DNA from: Eledone cirrhosa
Lineage: Eukaryota
Assembly: GCA_964016885.1 (NCBI GenBank)
Contig: OZ024747.1
Coordinates: 56,296,001 to 56,360,000, forward strand
Reading direction: 5' to 3'
DNA length: 64,000 nucleotides
Below, in pieces: positions 39,669 to 54,899 of this stretch. The notes under the pieces were generated by a model. The model searched no databases and was not told the origin of the DNA. It saw only the letters and a program-made list of their open reading frames with translations. Both the position numbers and the translations under genes were made by a program. Every line of letters begins with the position of its first letter. The first letter of the stretch is position 1.

Positions 39669-39871
39669 CATCATCATCATTTCATTTTACGTCCGCTTTT
39701 TCCCTGCTTGCAAGGGTATATATATATATATATACACACACATATATATGTATATATTTTTCTAGGTATTCTTGCATTTCCATACACATGTAAATTCATG
39801 TTTTTGTAAATACATTCTTAGATTCACACACACACTTACACACACACTCACACAAATGTATGGTTGTGGAC

Positions 39872-39923
<52 letters not shown>

Positions 39924-39928
<5 letters not shown>

Positions 39929-40173
39929 TTCAAAATATTAATAAATGTAGACATTCGCGTAATCAAAATATTATTTATTATATATATTTCGGAGGTACTG
40001 TGCTGTTTTTTCAGTATGTCCTCATCAGATAAAATACATAAATTTATGTATGACATACCACAACTGTAGTGATGGTTCAATTCCAGACTGCCAAGATTGA
40101 ACCTCCGAAATATATATAATAAAATATATTTTGATTAAGTGAATGTCTACATTTATTAATATTTTGAATTAAT
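39924..40173. mobile_element. Inverted repeat (~72-bp arms) with a complete hammerhead on the minus strand
   Basis: 39924-39996 is inverted against 40101-40173. Minus strand 40036-39971: tattttat CTGATGA ggacatactg...cagtacctcc GAAA tatata TA ataaa. Confidence 0.75.
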
Positions 40174-40267
40174 GTTAATAACTCCAGAAAACCTACCTGT
40201 TAAGTGCTTCTAATCTATTGTAAAACTATATTCATTGATTAATCATTGAACCTTGTTTAACTTTTGG

Positions 40268-40318
<51 letters not shown>

Positions 40319-40379
40319 GATATGTTTATATGTAGTTATATTTATATTGAACCACACATTCTGAAAAGAACTCAACATA

Positions 40380-40535
40380 GGGACATGTATGGCTGTGTGG
40401 TTAAGGACCTTACTTCCGAACCATATGCTTCTGGGTTCAGTCCCAATGTGTATATATTGGGTGTCTTCTATAGCATAGGAGCCATCAACGCCTTGTGAAT
40501 GAAATTTGGCCAAATAATCTCGAGAAACCCATCAT
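40380..40535 (+). mobile_element. Family A SINE
   Basis: tggctgtgtggttaag head, gggttcagtccca B-box-like motif, gtgtcttctatagc...gccttgtgaatgaaatttgg. Confidence 0.75.
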
Positions 40536-40818
40536 ATATATATGAGGAGTTTCTGCAGTTTCCTTTCTATATAAGTGTGTTTAGCCATGGTTATGTTTAT
40601 GTTTATGTTTGTGTTTTTGTTTACATTCTCTAACTTAGTAATTCAACAAAAGGGAGATCAATAATAAATACCAGAATTAAGACAATAAATACTGGAGCTG
40701 ATAAAATCTACTAAATCATGGCTGTGCCCTAGCATGGCCACAGTTTAATGGCTGCAAACAGTAGAGGAATTAAAGAATACAGTAATCCCCCCCACCCCTA
40801 CACCTCTCTCTCTCTCTG

Positions 40819-40876
<58 letters not shown>

Positions 40877-41589
40877 ATGTATGTATGTATCAACATTTTG
40901 TCAAATCATATGGACAGATACACAGACACAAAAATCTCAATTGTACGTACACACATGTACATATAACCATATACACACTTCTATATTCCTACACATACAC
41001 TCACACACACACAGATATATTATACACACACACACACACACACTCACATATTACTCCCAACCAAATACACATAATGACATACACACACACACACACATGT
41101 TTATATACATATCTGCATATAAGAACTGTAACATATGCATATACACTCATATATGCACATATACATGAATACACAGTTAAACACTCTCACATTCAAAACT
41201 ATCAGAAAAATATGTATATATACACACACACACACATATATATACACATATGTCCATATACATACATAATTCTTTTATGTGTTTACATAAATACAACTCA
41301 CATACACACACACATGTATACAGAGTTACACACTCATACTCACATACATGTATACAAAGTTACACACTCATATACACAACTATTTACACACAACTGCAGA
41401 CACATACATATATACATAACAGGCACACATGTGCAAAACTAGCAAACGCATACAGCTATGTATATACACATATGTACAACAACATACAACTCTATATTCA
41501 TGCATACAAACACACAACTACATATACATTGTCATGCATAGCTACACACACCACTACACACACATGTGTGTAGTGGTGTGTGTAGCTAT

Positions 41590-43252
41590 ATCTTTCCTTC
41601 ATTTTTCTTTTCTCAATTATTTAACTGTTTTTATCTTTCGCTAATTTCTTTCTCTTTATTTTCCTTCTTCTTATCCTACTTATTCTTTACATTGTTCTCT
41701 ATCTCTTTCACAATTTCCTTCACCACTTTATTCATTTACTGTCACACTTCTCTGTTATATCCTTCATTTTATCTTTCATAAATTCCTTCAATCACCTCAC
41801 TCATTCTGTGTCCTACTTCTTCACTACATAATTCTTTATCTCTTTCATACTTTTCTTTAACCTCCTCACTCATTCACTGTTCCACCTTTTCCTTGCATTT
41901 TCTTTATCTCTTTCATAATCTTTTTCATAACAACATTCATTCACTACCTCACTTCCTATTTATATCATTCCTGCTCACTTTTACAACCTCACTCTTTCAC
42001 TTTACAACTTTTTCCTTATATATTTCTTTATCTCTTTCACCACTTTACTTATTCACTGTCTCTTTTCTTCTTTATATCCTCCTTCATTTCTTTCACCATA
42101 ACACTCATTCACTCTCTAACTTCTTTAATTCTTTCACATCTTCTTTCACCACCTCACTTATTCACTATCTCTCTTCTTCCTGATATCCTCCTTCAATTCT
42201 TTCACCACAACACTCATTCACTGTCTGACCTCTTCCTTATATACTTCTTTGTCTCTTTCACCAGAACACTCTTTCATTTTCCTTCCTGGCTCTTTCATGT
42301 TCCTCCATTTGTTTGAATTTCATTCATCTACTATTTATTAGATTCCTCTCCTTTATTCCTCAAAATATCTTTCTTTCTTTCTTCAATGTTTTCTTCCTGG
42401 CTCTTTCATCTTTCCTTCTTACTTTGATTTTCAATTTCCTTCATTTATTAATTATTGCATATCTCTCTTTCTCTCCATCATTCTTTCAGAAAGACTTTCT
42501 TTCTTACATTTTTTCCTGATTTTTTTCTTCTTTTTCCTTATTAAATTATTTGTGCCCTTCTTCATATTTTAACATTTTCACACTCATTCACCCAGTGTGT
42601 ATTCTTACACTTATCTCCTTCTTTCATTCTTTCACTGAATATTTCTTCTTTCTTTCATATTTCTTCCCAGGCAATTTTTATTTTCTTTTTAGAGATTGCC
42701 TTTTAAAACTTTTTCAAAAGAAAGAAATTATTCCCATTTCTGTTTCATAGTTAATATTTCCTTTGGCACTCAATCATTTTTCTTCCTAATTTTCATTCAT
42801 TCATGTTGTCTATATTTAAATATTCTCTCCTTTAATAATTTGCTCTGCTTTTTTCTTTCACCCCGTATTCATTAATCTCAGATTTTCTGCATCATTCCAA
42901 CTAATTAAAGCCTTCATTCATTCGATCATATCATTTTCATTCTTTTTCACTCATTCATTCAAATTAATCATAACTTCTAACATTACATAGATTTATTTCA
43001 CATCATTCAATCTCTTACATTCTTCATGCTTGTTCTTAACTCTTTCATTACCTCATTCTTTTTCTTTCAGCTTTTCATTCTTCTTTCTATTTCCATTATT
43101 TTTTTTTAAATATAATATATTTCTTCTTGACTTCCTTCCTTATTTCCTTCATTCAGGCCACTTCTTTTCCCTCCTACCTGCTTTCTCACCTTTCTACTGT
43201 TCTCCCTCCTTTATTCTGTCTCTCCTCCCCATCCCATATTTTCCTCCTTACA

Positions 43253-43290
<38 letters not shown>
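41590..43290. repeat. Strand-biased pyrimidine-rich low-complexity tract
   Basis: C/T-rich plus strand with recurring tctttcaccac/cactcattcact. Confidence 0.85.
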
Positions 43291-43337
<47 letters not shown>

Positions 43338-43566
43338 CCAACCTTTGCTAGCAGGGAAAACATACCTTTAATGATGATGATGTTCATAGATGCACACACA
43401 CATATATATATATATAATCAAATATATATATATATATATATACAATCAAATATATATATATATATATATTTTTTTTTTTTATTGTATATATATATATATT
43501 TGATTATATATATATATGTGTGTGCATCTATGAATGAACACATATATATATATGTGTGTGTGTGCA

Positions 43567-43600
<34 letters not shown>

Positions 43601-44478
43601 CAAATATATATATGTATGCGTCTGAAATCAAATATATACATATACATACATACAAAAACAAATAAGTTATATTTCGTCTATAAATGTTCTATGGAATTTT
43701 GAATTCCCAAATTTTCCAGTGAAATTATTCAGCTAATGAGAAGTTGTTCACTGATTTAAGAGGAATGGCTTTCGGTTAGATGAAAAGCTTTATAGAACCA
43801 TATAAAGTTTCAAAACTCCACCATTTATTCTTAGATTGCTTCTTATTGTTATTTTTGCTGTTGTTGTTGTTTTTCATACTTTCCTCTGCAATTTAATATT
43901 TTAATATATAGTATATGTTTTACTTTATTAAATTTTACATATTTTGGAGGAAATTCTTTGATATAAACTTCGTAACATTTTATTTTATTTTTTAAATTTT
44001 ATTTATGTATTTTCCCATGAATGTTTTTTGCATGTTATTATCATCCTTATTTATATCATTATTATATTATTATTATTATTGTTATTATTATTATTATTAT
44101 TATTCCTTTTGCAATATTTCGGCATTATTACAATTTAGAAAATTTTCATCATGAAAATTTTCTGCTAATTACAGACTTATGATATGAGTTTCTTGTTTTT
44201 CTTTTCGACTTTAATTTATAGTTGTTGTTGTTAGCTAAGGTAAAAATTAGCTCTTTATTGCCTGCAAAAGGTGCTATATATATATATATATATACATATA
44301 TATATACACACACACACACATATATATATATATACAAATACATATATATATATCTTTATATATATATACATATATATATATCTTTATATATATATGCATA
44401 TACACATATATATATATATATATGTATATATATAGGTATATATATATACATATATATATATGCATATATATGTATATA

Positions 44479-44557
<79 letters not shown>

Positions 44558-45031
44558 CAGCTACACAGCCATTTCTATTCTCCATATATTTCATTATATA
44601 TATATATACATATATATATTTATATATTACTTTCTAGTTTTCATGCATGTGTATGTGTGTATCTGTGTGTGTGTGTCTGTGTGTGTAACTGTGTGTCTGT
44701 GTGTGCAGGTATCTGTGTAACCATGTGTAAACAAACACAGGAAAATATACACATTTGTATTAAAGATAAAAGAGAATGTTGGAGTTATATAGTTGGTATG
44801 TTTATGTACTATGTATCTGTCTATCTCACTCTCTTTCTCCCCCTCTCTCTCTCTATATATATATATATAGGTATATACATAGATATATACATTATATATA
44901 TATATATGTATATTCATATATATTTATACATACACACACACATGGACATATATCACCCCATATATTGACATAACATATTTTGATATAGTTAATATATGTG
45001 CGTGTGTATATATATATTATACACAATAGTT

Positions 45032-45100
<69 letters not shown>

Positions 45101-45121
45101 TATATATATATATATATATAA

Positions 45122-45315
45122 GGGCGGTGTATTGGCAGTATCGGTAGAGGGTCGGACGCCATGCTTTGCAGCAAAGAGTTACGGCACTTGCCATTCTGAG
45201 TTCAAATCCCGCCGAGGTTAACTTTGCCTTTCATCCTTACGGGGTCGATAAAATAAAGTACCAGTAATACACTGGGTAATTGGTGGCCTTGTGCCAGAAG
45301 TAGAAACAATTATTA
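45122..45315 (+). mobile_element. Full-length family B SINE inserted in (TA)n
   Basis: gggcggtgtattggcagtatcggtagagg ... gagttcaaatccc ... gtagaaacaattatt. Confidence 0.9.
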
Positions 45316-45327
45316 TATATATATATA

Positions 45328-45365
<38 letters not shown>

Positions 45366-45435
45366 ATGTATGTATGTATATATATATATATATAGTAGTG
45401 AGAGAGAGGGAGAGTCATATATTATATATATATAT

Positions 45436-45670
45436 CCATCCATCCAGGAATGAATGACAAGATGCCAGACCTCATTCGCTTACCAATTCTATTAGAACTC
45501 GGACCAAGGAAACAATGTTTCCATTGGTATTTGCAATTGCCGATACTATCTACCACTCACAACTCCTGAAAGAATGAGCGACATGAAATAAAGCATCGTT
45601 CTGAAGGCCTCAGAGCATCGCCCGGCCCGGGATTTGAACTCACATCCTCATCAAATTCTCTGACCATTAA

Positions 45671-45673
<3 letters not shown>
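45436..45673 (-). mobile_element. tRNA-headed SINE, family F (single copy in window)
   Basis: Minus strand: tggcttaatggt A box, gagttcaaatccc B box, a diverged CORE-like block and a (GGAT)n tail. Confidence 0.65.
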
Positions 45674-45713
<40 letters not shown>

Positions 45714-45977
45714 CCTGCGGCTCAGTAGTTGCCGATGATGTTGAGCATTTCTTCTATTTGGGTTATAGACACTGTCACTCAGAGAGTGGGATTGGCTCAG
45801 TGCACAGTCTTCCCTCACTTTAAAAAAATGTTCACGCACAGGTATTGCACGATAGAATTAATTAATAATTATTGATAATGTTATAATGTGCAATGCCCAT
45901 ACTCGAAAACGAGGGGGCAGCCATCATATATATATATACGATATTAAAAAAATGGAAACTATATTTATAAAACCATA

Positions 45978-46044
45978 TTTATTTCATTATACATATTTCA
46001 GGGATACCACATTAAATTATGGTATGCCTTCATCAGACAAAATA
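45978..46044 (-). ncRNA. Type I hammerhead motif
   Basis: Minus strand: tattttgt CTGATGA aggcatacca...tggtatccct GAAA tatgta TA atgaaata. Confidence 0.72.
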
Positions 46045-46252
46045 CAATATATAACAGTTTTACAAATAGGTTTGACGTACCCTTTAAAATATAACCATTA
46101 CTTTTGGAGGCTGTCTGGATAGTGATTTGTTTATATAATAAGTCATACTCCAAAAATTTGTCGAGTGCTTTATATCAGTTATAAAAATATTTACTTGTTG
46201 TATCCCAACAACTTTAAATAGAACTTTTGCATATATATATATAGATAGATAG

Positions 46253-46338
<86 letters not shown>

Positions 46339-46701
46339 GCACATATGTATAAACACACATACATAAATATATAGATATATATAAATATATTTCAGCCTGA
46401 AGCAAGCATATATTTTTATATACCCCTAAAACACTTGTGTAATGAAAGTGAAAACAACAGATGTAGGTTAACCATGCTGAATGTGCCCTAAACTCCTAAA
46501 ATTAAGATATATTATGAAAATGAATATTTGAATCGAAGAAAAGATTGAAATAAAGAAAGTTACATTAATAGTGTGTGTTTATATATATACATGTATATAT
46601 ATATGTGTGCGAACATATATGGGTATATATATATGTGTGTATGTGAGCACATACGTATATATATATACATACACTCATATTTTATAACATATACATACAC
46701 T

Positions 46702-46757
<56 letters not shown>

Positions 46758-46883
46758 CATCATCATCATCACTGTTTTACGTCCGTTCTTCCATGCAAGC
46801 ATGGGTTAGACAGGTTGTCCTGTTGTGGGCAGTAGCCGGTCGGCTGACCATGTCTTGCTCATACAGTAACAGATTCTGGCTTA

Positions 46884-46914
<31 letters not shown>

Positions 46915-47213
46915 TAGATACAGAAACATTTGCCCCATTTTTTACTAAAGAAATTTTAACCTGATAGTGGGGTTTAGAACCCTCAAAGATATGGAAAAAG
47001 ATGAATATTGACATACACGGGAGTTGAACCCACATCTTTGCTTTTCCAGACCACTGTGGTACCATTACACCAATATGTCACCCATCTCCTTCCATTCAGT
47101 GAAACCTTCTATTTCTAATTTCAAAATTGCTCGCTGTTTCAAAACACTTACCTGTCACATATATATATATATATCATCATCATCATCATTTTACGTCCGC
47201 TTTTCCCTGCTTG

Positions 47214-47278
<65 letters not shown>

Positions 47279-47313
47279 GTATAGTTTATACAAAGTATTA
47301 TGAGATATGTAAC

Positions 47314-47587
47314 AAATGACTGATAAGTTTCAAAAAGTTGGTACAATGTGGTAGGAATATATAAAGGGCAAAATAAACCAAAATAGACCAAAATAAAACA
47401 AAATAAAACGTTATTTTATCCAATATATTTCAACATGATATTTCAGGGTGATACCCTCTTTTTGTTTTACATAGCCGTGTAATATCATGTTGAAATATAC
47501 TGGGTAAAACATAATTTTATTTTATTAGTTATCCTTTGCCCTTTATATATTTCTACCACAATAAACCAGCTTTCTGAAACTTAAGTC

Positions 47588-47591
<4 letters not shown>
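47314..47591. repeat. Older inverted repeat with hammerhead 3'-half remnants
   Basis: aaatgact..aagtttca..tgtggtag.aatatataaagggcaaa is inverted against tttgccctttatatatttctaccaca..tgaaacttaagtcattt; inner tatatttcaacatgatatt / aatatcatgttgaaatata. Confidence 0.7.
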
Positions 47592-47641
<50 letters not shown>

Positions 47642-47684
47642 GTGTGTGTATGTATGTATACATGTACATGTATATACGCATATG

Positions 47685-47730
<46 letters not shown>

Positions 47731-48186
47731 ATAAATGAAACAGGCAGAATCAGGAGGCGTTTTTTACACAGTTATGTTAGGTTTATATCTATGTATATAT
47801 GAAAGAGAGAATAAAGATTTATTTTTTTTAAATATAACAGACAATAGAAATCTTTTTTACAACTTTTTATTTCAAGAAGCTGGAAAACAATAAAATAGTT
47901 ATGGAATAATGTAAGAATTTGTCATAAAAAATTAAGGCAGTAAAAGAAGAACGAAATTTATCAGAGAAATAAGTTGAGCTGTGAAATGATACACATAACA
48001 GATGTGGATTTCGTAAACTATAGTGAAAGCAACCCATCTAGGAGAGCAGTGATTCCAATTAAAAATGCATGGGGCAGACATGTATTCTGTAAGCCATAGT
48101 GAAGGCAGCTCCTCTAGGAGAAGAGACACACAAAATGGAAGCTGATATAAGGAGGAGCAGACTCTTGAGAACAATAAGACACTCTT

Positions 48187-50172
48187 TCTAGTGCTGGTGA
48201 AACAAATAATGTATCCGGTCCATGTTGTAAAATGGTTGGTAATAGGAAGGGCATCCAGTCAGAAAACACCCTCCCAAAATTAGGGAAAGCACATAAGATT
48301 CACAATACACATGACTGTCGTCAAGCAATTGCACAGTCTTTTACCCTTTCAGGTAAAATAATTGCTACTCAGGGAACTAACCACTGCCAAGTTACACGTC
48401 AATGTTGGCACCCTAAAAAGTAAATGAAGTGAAATTGTAGAGCCCTCAGAGAGGAGAGAAGTGGACATATGTTGTGTACAGGAGGTGAGATGGCAGGGTA
48501 CCCCAACAGACTGCTCACAGGCAAACAACATAGATACAAACATTTCTGTGTAGGAAATGACGATGGGATGTGTAGGTGGTGTAGGTATTTTACTAGCTGA
48601 GGAATGGTTAGATAAAATGATAGAGGTATTTGTAGTAAGTACAGAATTAACAAGTTTAGAATAGCTGTAGGAAATAGAATGGTGACAATTACATCTACCT
48701 ATGCATCACAGACAGGTTTGAGTAATGGACTAAAGAAAACAAAAGCCAAATTGATTTCTTACTTGTAAGACAACGAGAGACGGAGTGCAATAAGTACTAA
48801 GGCCTTCCTCGGGGAAGAATGTACTGCCCAACATGAGTTAGTTATTAGTGACATCAGAACAAACAGAAGACAGAAGAGGATATGCCAAAATATATGAAGA
48901 TGGCAGGTTTGAAAGCTGAAGGACCTTTCTGTAACCTATAGAATTAGAAAGCCTCTATGGGAGGCATTTGATGGGAGGGGTGAAAAGTTAGATACATATT
49001 TAACGTAGTGGACAATTGGAAATTCTTATGTGACAACTTTTTGCAAACTACTGAAAAGACTGAGGCTTACCTGGTGGTGGAAGAGCACAGTGGATAGAGC
49101 CTTTAAAGCCAAAAGTCAGATGTATAAAACTGGGAAAATTGGGGTTGCAGAGACTGGTACCAGGTAGCTAAGAAAGAAGCTAGACGGCAGGTATACATAG
49201 CATGGAGACAGGCTAAAAATAGAAAGTTTGTCAGTGTCTTGTGACATGAGGATGAGAGACGTGAAGTATTTTGCATTGCAGGTAGTGAATCGTCAGTGTG
49301 AATCGGGTTGCTGTTGAGGTAAAAAGTGTACTAGAAATAACACTGGTGCACTTAGCATCAATGAAGTTCAAAAGAAAGCGACCTGGAAATGTCACTATAA
49401 GAGACTGATGAATGAGGAGAATGAATGGGAAGGGAAGCAACTCCATCAGCTCACCCAAAAGAAGGAACAGTTTTTGAAGTTGACAGTTTTAGAGTCAACG
49501 AAGCAGTCAAGGAGATGAAGAATGGTAAAGTCACATGACCATCAGAGACAGTTGTCGAGATTCTAAAAGCATAAGGAAAAGTAGGAGTCAAATTAGTAAC
49601 CCACATAGTAAATTAAGTAATACAAGAGAAAAATAGGTAGAATAAGCAGAGGATGGAAAGAAGTTTAGAGAGCTACCCCCACTGTTGATAACAAAAGGTT
49701 TCTACCTACATACACAAGGATGTCTGTGCAAAGTGTGATGCTGCATGGTAGTGAAACATGGGCAGTAACTGCAGAAGATTTGTGTAGACTGGAGAGAAAT
49801 GAAGCAACCATGATTCATTGGATGTGCAATGTAAATGTGAAAGAAAAACAGAGCTTGGATGAACTGAAGGAGAAACTTGGTTTAAGGGGAATCCAAAGTG
49901 GTGCACAAGAGAGAAGTCTGAATTGGTAAGGACATGTGATATACATGGATAATGATTACTGGGTGAAGAAATGACAGGAAACCCTAGTGGTAGGAAGTTA
50001 CAGTAGAGGTAGACCAAGGAAGACCTGGGAAGAGAAGGTGAGAGCTGATCTCAAACTGCTGAGAATCACAGGGGAGATGATGAAAGAATGCAGCAAGTGT
50101 AGAGATGATGTGCTGAAAAGGACTTGTCCAATGCATGCAATCATAGAAAAATGGATGTAAAATGAGTATGAT
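48187..50172 (+). pseudogene. Internally deleted, decayed RTE-clade LINE (5'UTR, APE endonuclease, linker, C-terminus, 3' tail)
   Basis: Manual translation: NVGTL, VDICCVQEVRWQG, GGVGILLAEEW, TITSTYASQTGL, SQIDFLLVR, GEECTAQHELVISD, TWWW, KEMKNGK, MLHGSETWAV...RLERNE, W*GHV, RGRPRKTW. Many stops and frameshifts. Confidence 0.9.
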
Positions 50173-50229
50173 ATATATAGTTGTATGTATATATGTGTTT
50201 GATGTGTGTGTATGTATATATGTGTATAA

Positions 50230-50490
50230 GGGTAAAAGGTAAAGACCCCTTTCAGTCACGAATGACCATGGGAGTTACACCTAGAAATTTCCCCTCCAAG
50301 GCACATGTCCAGGCAAGATTATTGCAGTCACACATGCATACCCGTCTCCCCTCCACACACCACTGCTGTTGTCCAAGAGAAAGGCAAAGGGCGATACAGC
50401 TTGGCACCAGTGATGTCGCAACACATTTCTACAGCTGAGTAAACTGGAGCAACATGAAATAAAGTGTCTTGCTCAAGGACACAACGCAAC
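50230..50490 (-). mobile_element. Family E SINE (head missing), (CTTTTAC)-type tail
   Basis: CORE-like block plus body shared with 35660-35950. Confidence 0.8.
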
Positions 50491-50582
50491 AACCAGTCCA
50501 TGAATATACATATATATGTGTATATATGTAAATACATATGTGATGTGTATATATGTAATATATATATATATATATATATATA

Positions 50583-50783
50583 TAGGAACGAGTAGGACCC
50601 CGACGGCTGAGCTCAAGCCGTTTCGACAGCTAATTCTGGACACCTGTCCAGAATTAGCCGTCGAAACGGCTTGAGCTCAGCCATTGGGGTCCTACTCATT
50701 TCTATTACCCACTCTACTACCCTAAGTATTGAGTACTTTGGTGCGTTATGGTCCACCTGGTTCCTTACCACATTTCCTTCGTT
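50583..50783 (+). mobile_element. Family X cassette with 60-bp fold-back arms
   Basis: 50583-50642 and 50645-50704 are inverted with a 2-nt loop and 5 transition mismatches, followed by the constant tail. (TA)n on both sides. Confidence 0.85.
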
Positions 50784-51513
50784 ATATATATATATATATT
50801 TATTTATTTGAGTTTACAGTAAAAATATGTAATCAAAAATTTTGAAAGAATATATAAAATGATAATTGGAATATGAAGGAGCAAACATGAAGACATGATT
50901 GAAGAAATATTGAATGAAGAAAGAAAGAAAGAAAGAATGGGAGAGTAAGGAATGTTGTGAAAATGAAAATTGAAAATAGGAGTCTCTATTTGAGAGAGAA
51001 AGAAAGAAAGTGAGATAGAGAGATGGTGATATTATTGCTTTTGTTGTTGTTGTTTGGAAAGAATTAAGGAAGGAATGAGAAATATGAAAATGGAAGTGAC
51101 ATCAAAAGAAAGGAAGATAATAGGAATGAAAGATAGAATAAATGACCAGAATTGATGGAACTATTAGTGTATTTGAAAAAAATATCTTATGCTATATAAT
51201 TGTTTCTACTTTTTGGCACAAGGCCAGCAATTACTCAGTACATTACTGGTACTTTATTTTATCGATCCTGTAAGGATGAAAGGGCTGATTTAATCGACTT
51301 TCCCTCCCCCCAAAAAATTGCTGGCCTTATGCCTAAATCAAAAACAATTATTATTGTTGTTGTTTTTCTAAGGTTAACAAAAAATTACTTCTTAAATAGT
51401 GGGGTTCAATTAATCAGCTACCCCACATTTACCCCTCAAAACGCATCCAGTTATGTTAAATGTCATTTTTATTTCTGTTGTCCTTGTGGCAAACAAAGGA
51501 ATGCTTATTTTTC

Positions 51514-52215
51514 TGAGTTCAAATCCCGCCGAGGTTAACTTTGCCTTTCGTCCTTACGGGGGTCGATAAAATAAAGTACCAGTAATACACTGGGTAATTG
51601 CTGGCCTTGTGCCAAAAAGTAGAAACCATTATTATTGGTGGATTGGCAGTGTCGGTAGCGAGTCGGATGCCATGCTTTGCAGCATAGAGTTACGGCCCTT
51701 TATGATCTGAGTTCAAATCCCGCCAAGGTTAACTTTGCCTTTCATCTTTACAGGGGTCGATAAAATAAAGTACCAGTAATACACTGGGTAATTGCTGGCC
51801 TTGTGCCAAAAAGTAGAAACAATTATTATTGGTGGATTGGCAGTGTCAGTAGCAAGTCGGACGCCATGCTTTGCAGCATAGAGTTACGGCCCTTTATGAT
51901 CTGAGTTCAAATCCCGCCAAGGTTAACTTTGCCTTTCATCTTTACAGGGGTCGATAAAATAAAGTACCAGTAATACACTGGGTAATTGCTGGCCTTGTGC
52001 CAAAAAGTAGAAACAATTATTATTGGTGGATTGGCAGTGTCAGTAGCAAGTCGGACGCCATGCTTTGCAGCATAGAGTTACGGCCCTTTATGATCTGAGT
52101 TCAAATCCCGCCGAGGTTAACTTTGCCTTTCATCCTTACGGGGTCGATAAAATAAAGTACCAGTAATGTACTGGGTTATTGCTGGCCTTGTGCCAAAAGT
52201 AGAAACAATTATTAT
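51514..52215 (+). mobile_element. Head-to-tail array of family B SINEs, 194-bp period
   Basis: GGTGGATTGGCAGTGTC at 51637, 51831 and 52025, plus a leading partial copy. Confidence 0.92.
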
Positions 52216-52368
52216 TAACAATTAAAGTAAAGAAAAGGGACCTTAACTCCTGGTGGAGTTGTAGGGGTGGCATCCTGTCACACAGCATGTCTTAGGTATT
52301 TTAAACCTGGCAGAGCTCATCACTCTCTAACTAATTATTATTACTGCTAAAACCAATAACAATAATGA

Positions 52369-52900
52369 TTGTTTCTAATATAGGCACAAGGCCAGCAATT
52401 TTGGGGAGATGGAAAGTCAATTACGTCAACACCAGTACATTACTGGTACTTTATTTTATCGACCCTGTAAGGATGAAAGACAAAGCTTAACCTTAGCAGG
52501 ATTTGAACTCAGAACATAAAGGGCCATAACTCGATGCTGCAAAGTATGTAATGATAATTGTTTCTACTTTCTGGCACAAGGCCAGCAATTACCCAGTGCA
52601 TTACTGGTACTTTATTTTATCGACCCCTGTAAGGATGAAAGACAAAGCCAACCTCAGCAGGATTTGAACTCAGAACATAAAGGGCCATAACTCTATGCTG
52701 CAAAGTATGTAATGATAATAATCGTTTCTACTTTTTGGCACAAGGCCAGCAATTACCCAGTGCATTACTGGTACTTTATTTTATCGACCCCCGTAAGGAT
52801 GAAAGACAAAGCCAACCTCAGCAGGATTTGAACTCAGAATAGAAAGGGCCGTAACTCTATGCATCAAAGCATGGCGTCGACCCTCTACCGATACTGCCAA
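52369..52900 (-). mobile_element. Three tandem family B SINE copies in the opposite orientation
   Basis: Repeated ggcacaaggccagcaatt...gatgaaagacaaagc...ggatttgaactcagaa. Confidence 0.9.
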
Positions 52901-52934
52901 AATATCAATTTATGATTTTCTATAGTAGTTATGA

Positions 52935-53220
52935 TGACAGGTATTCCTGTTGATATGATCAACGGAACATCCTGCTGGTGAAATTAATGTGCAAGTGGCT
53001 GAGCATTCCACAGACACATGTACCATTAATGTAGTATACAGAGAGATTCAGTGTGACACAGAATGAGATATGGCTAACCGTTTGAATTACAGGTACAACT
53101 TATTTTTGCCAGCTGAATGGACTGGAGCAGCACGAAGGACACAGGGTACTGCTGGGAATCGAACTCACGACCTTACAACTGTGAGTCAGATACTCTAACC
53201 ACAAAGCTATGTGTCTTCAC
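52935..53220 (-). mobile_element. tRNA/CORE-like SINE, family G
   Basis: Minus strand: gagttcgattccc B box, tgctccagtccattcagctggcaaaaat, gtacctgtaattcaaa body. Partial relative at ~4836-4960. Confidence 0.75.
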
Positions 53221-53273
53221 ATGGTTTACTATACAGGCTCAGGAACATATGTTTGTGACTGGTACTGATATAC

Positions 53274-54402
<1,129 letters not shown>

Positions 54403-54545
54403 CTCCATTATGTGTTCAAGCCTATAAGCTGTGGCCATGCTGGGGCATCATCATCATCATCATCATTAATTTGCATTTGTTGTTCATGCTGGCGTATGTG
54501 TATGTATACATACAAACAAACAAACACACACACACACATACACAC

Positions 54546-54590
<45 letters not shown>

Positions 54591-54594
<4 letters not shown>

Positions 54595-54753
54595 AACAAG
54601 TATGACCCCGACGGCAGAGCTCAAGCCAGGTTGAAACGGCTTGAGCTCTGCCGTCGGGGGTCATAATTGTTCATATTACCCACTCTACTACCCTAAATAT
54701 TGAGTACTTTGGTGTGTTATGGTCCATCTGGTTCCTTACCACAATTCCTTCGT
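54591..54753 (+). mobile_element. Family X cassette with ~37-bp fold-back arms
   Basis: 54591-54627 and 54638-54675 are inverted, followed by the constant tail. (TA)n flanks. Confidence 0.85.
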
Positions 54754-54899
54754 TTTACATATATATATATATATATATATACACATAATTGTTTCTACGT
54801 TAAGCACAAGGCCACCAATTACCCAGTGTATTACTGGTACTTTATTTTATCGACCCTGTAAGGATGAAAGGCAAAGTTAACCTCGGCTATATATACACA

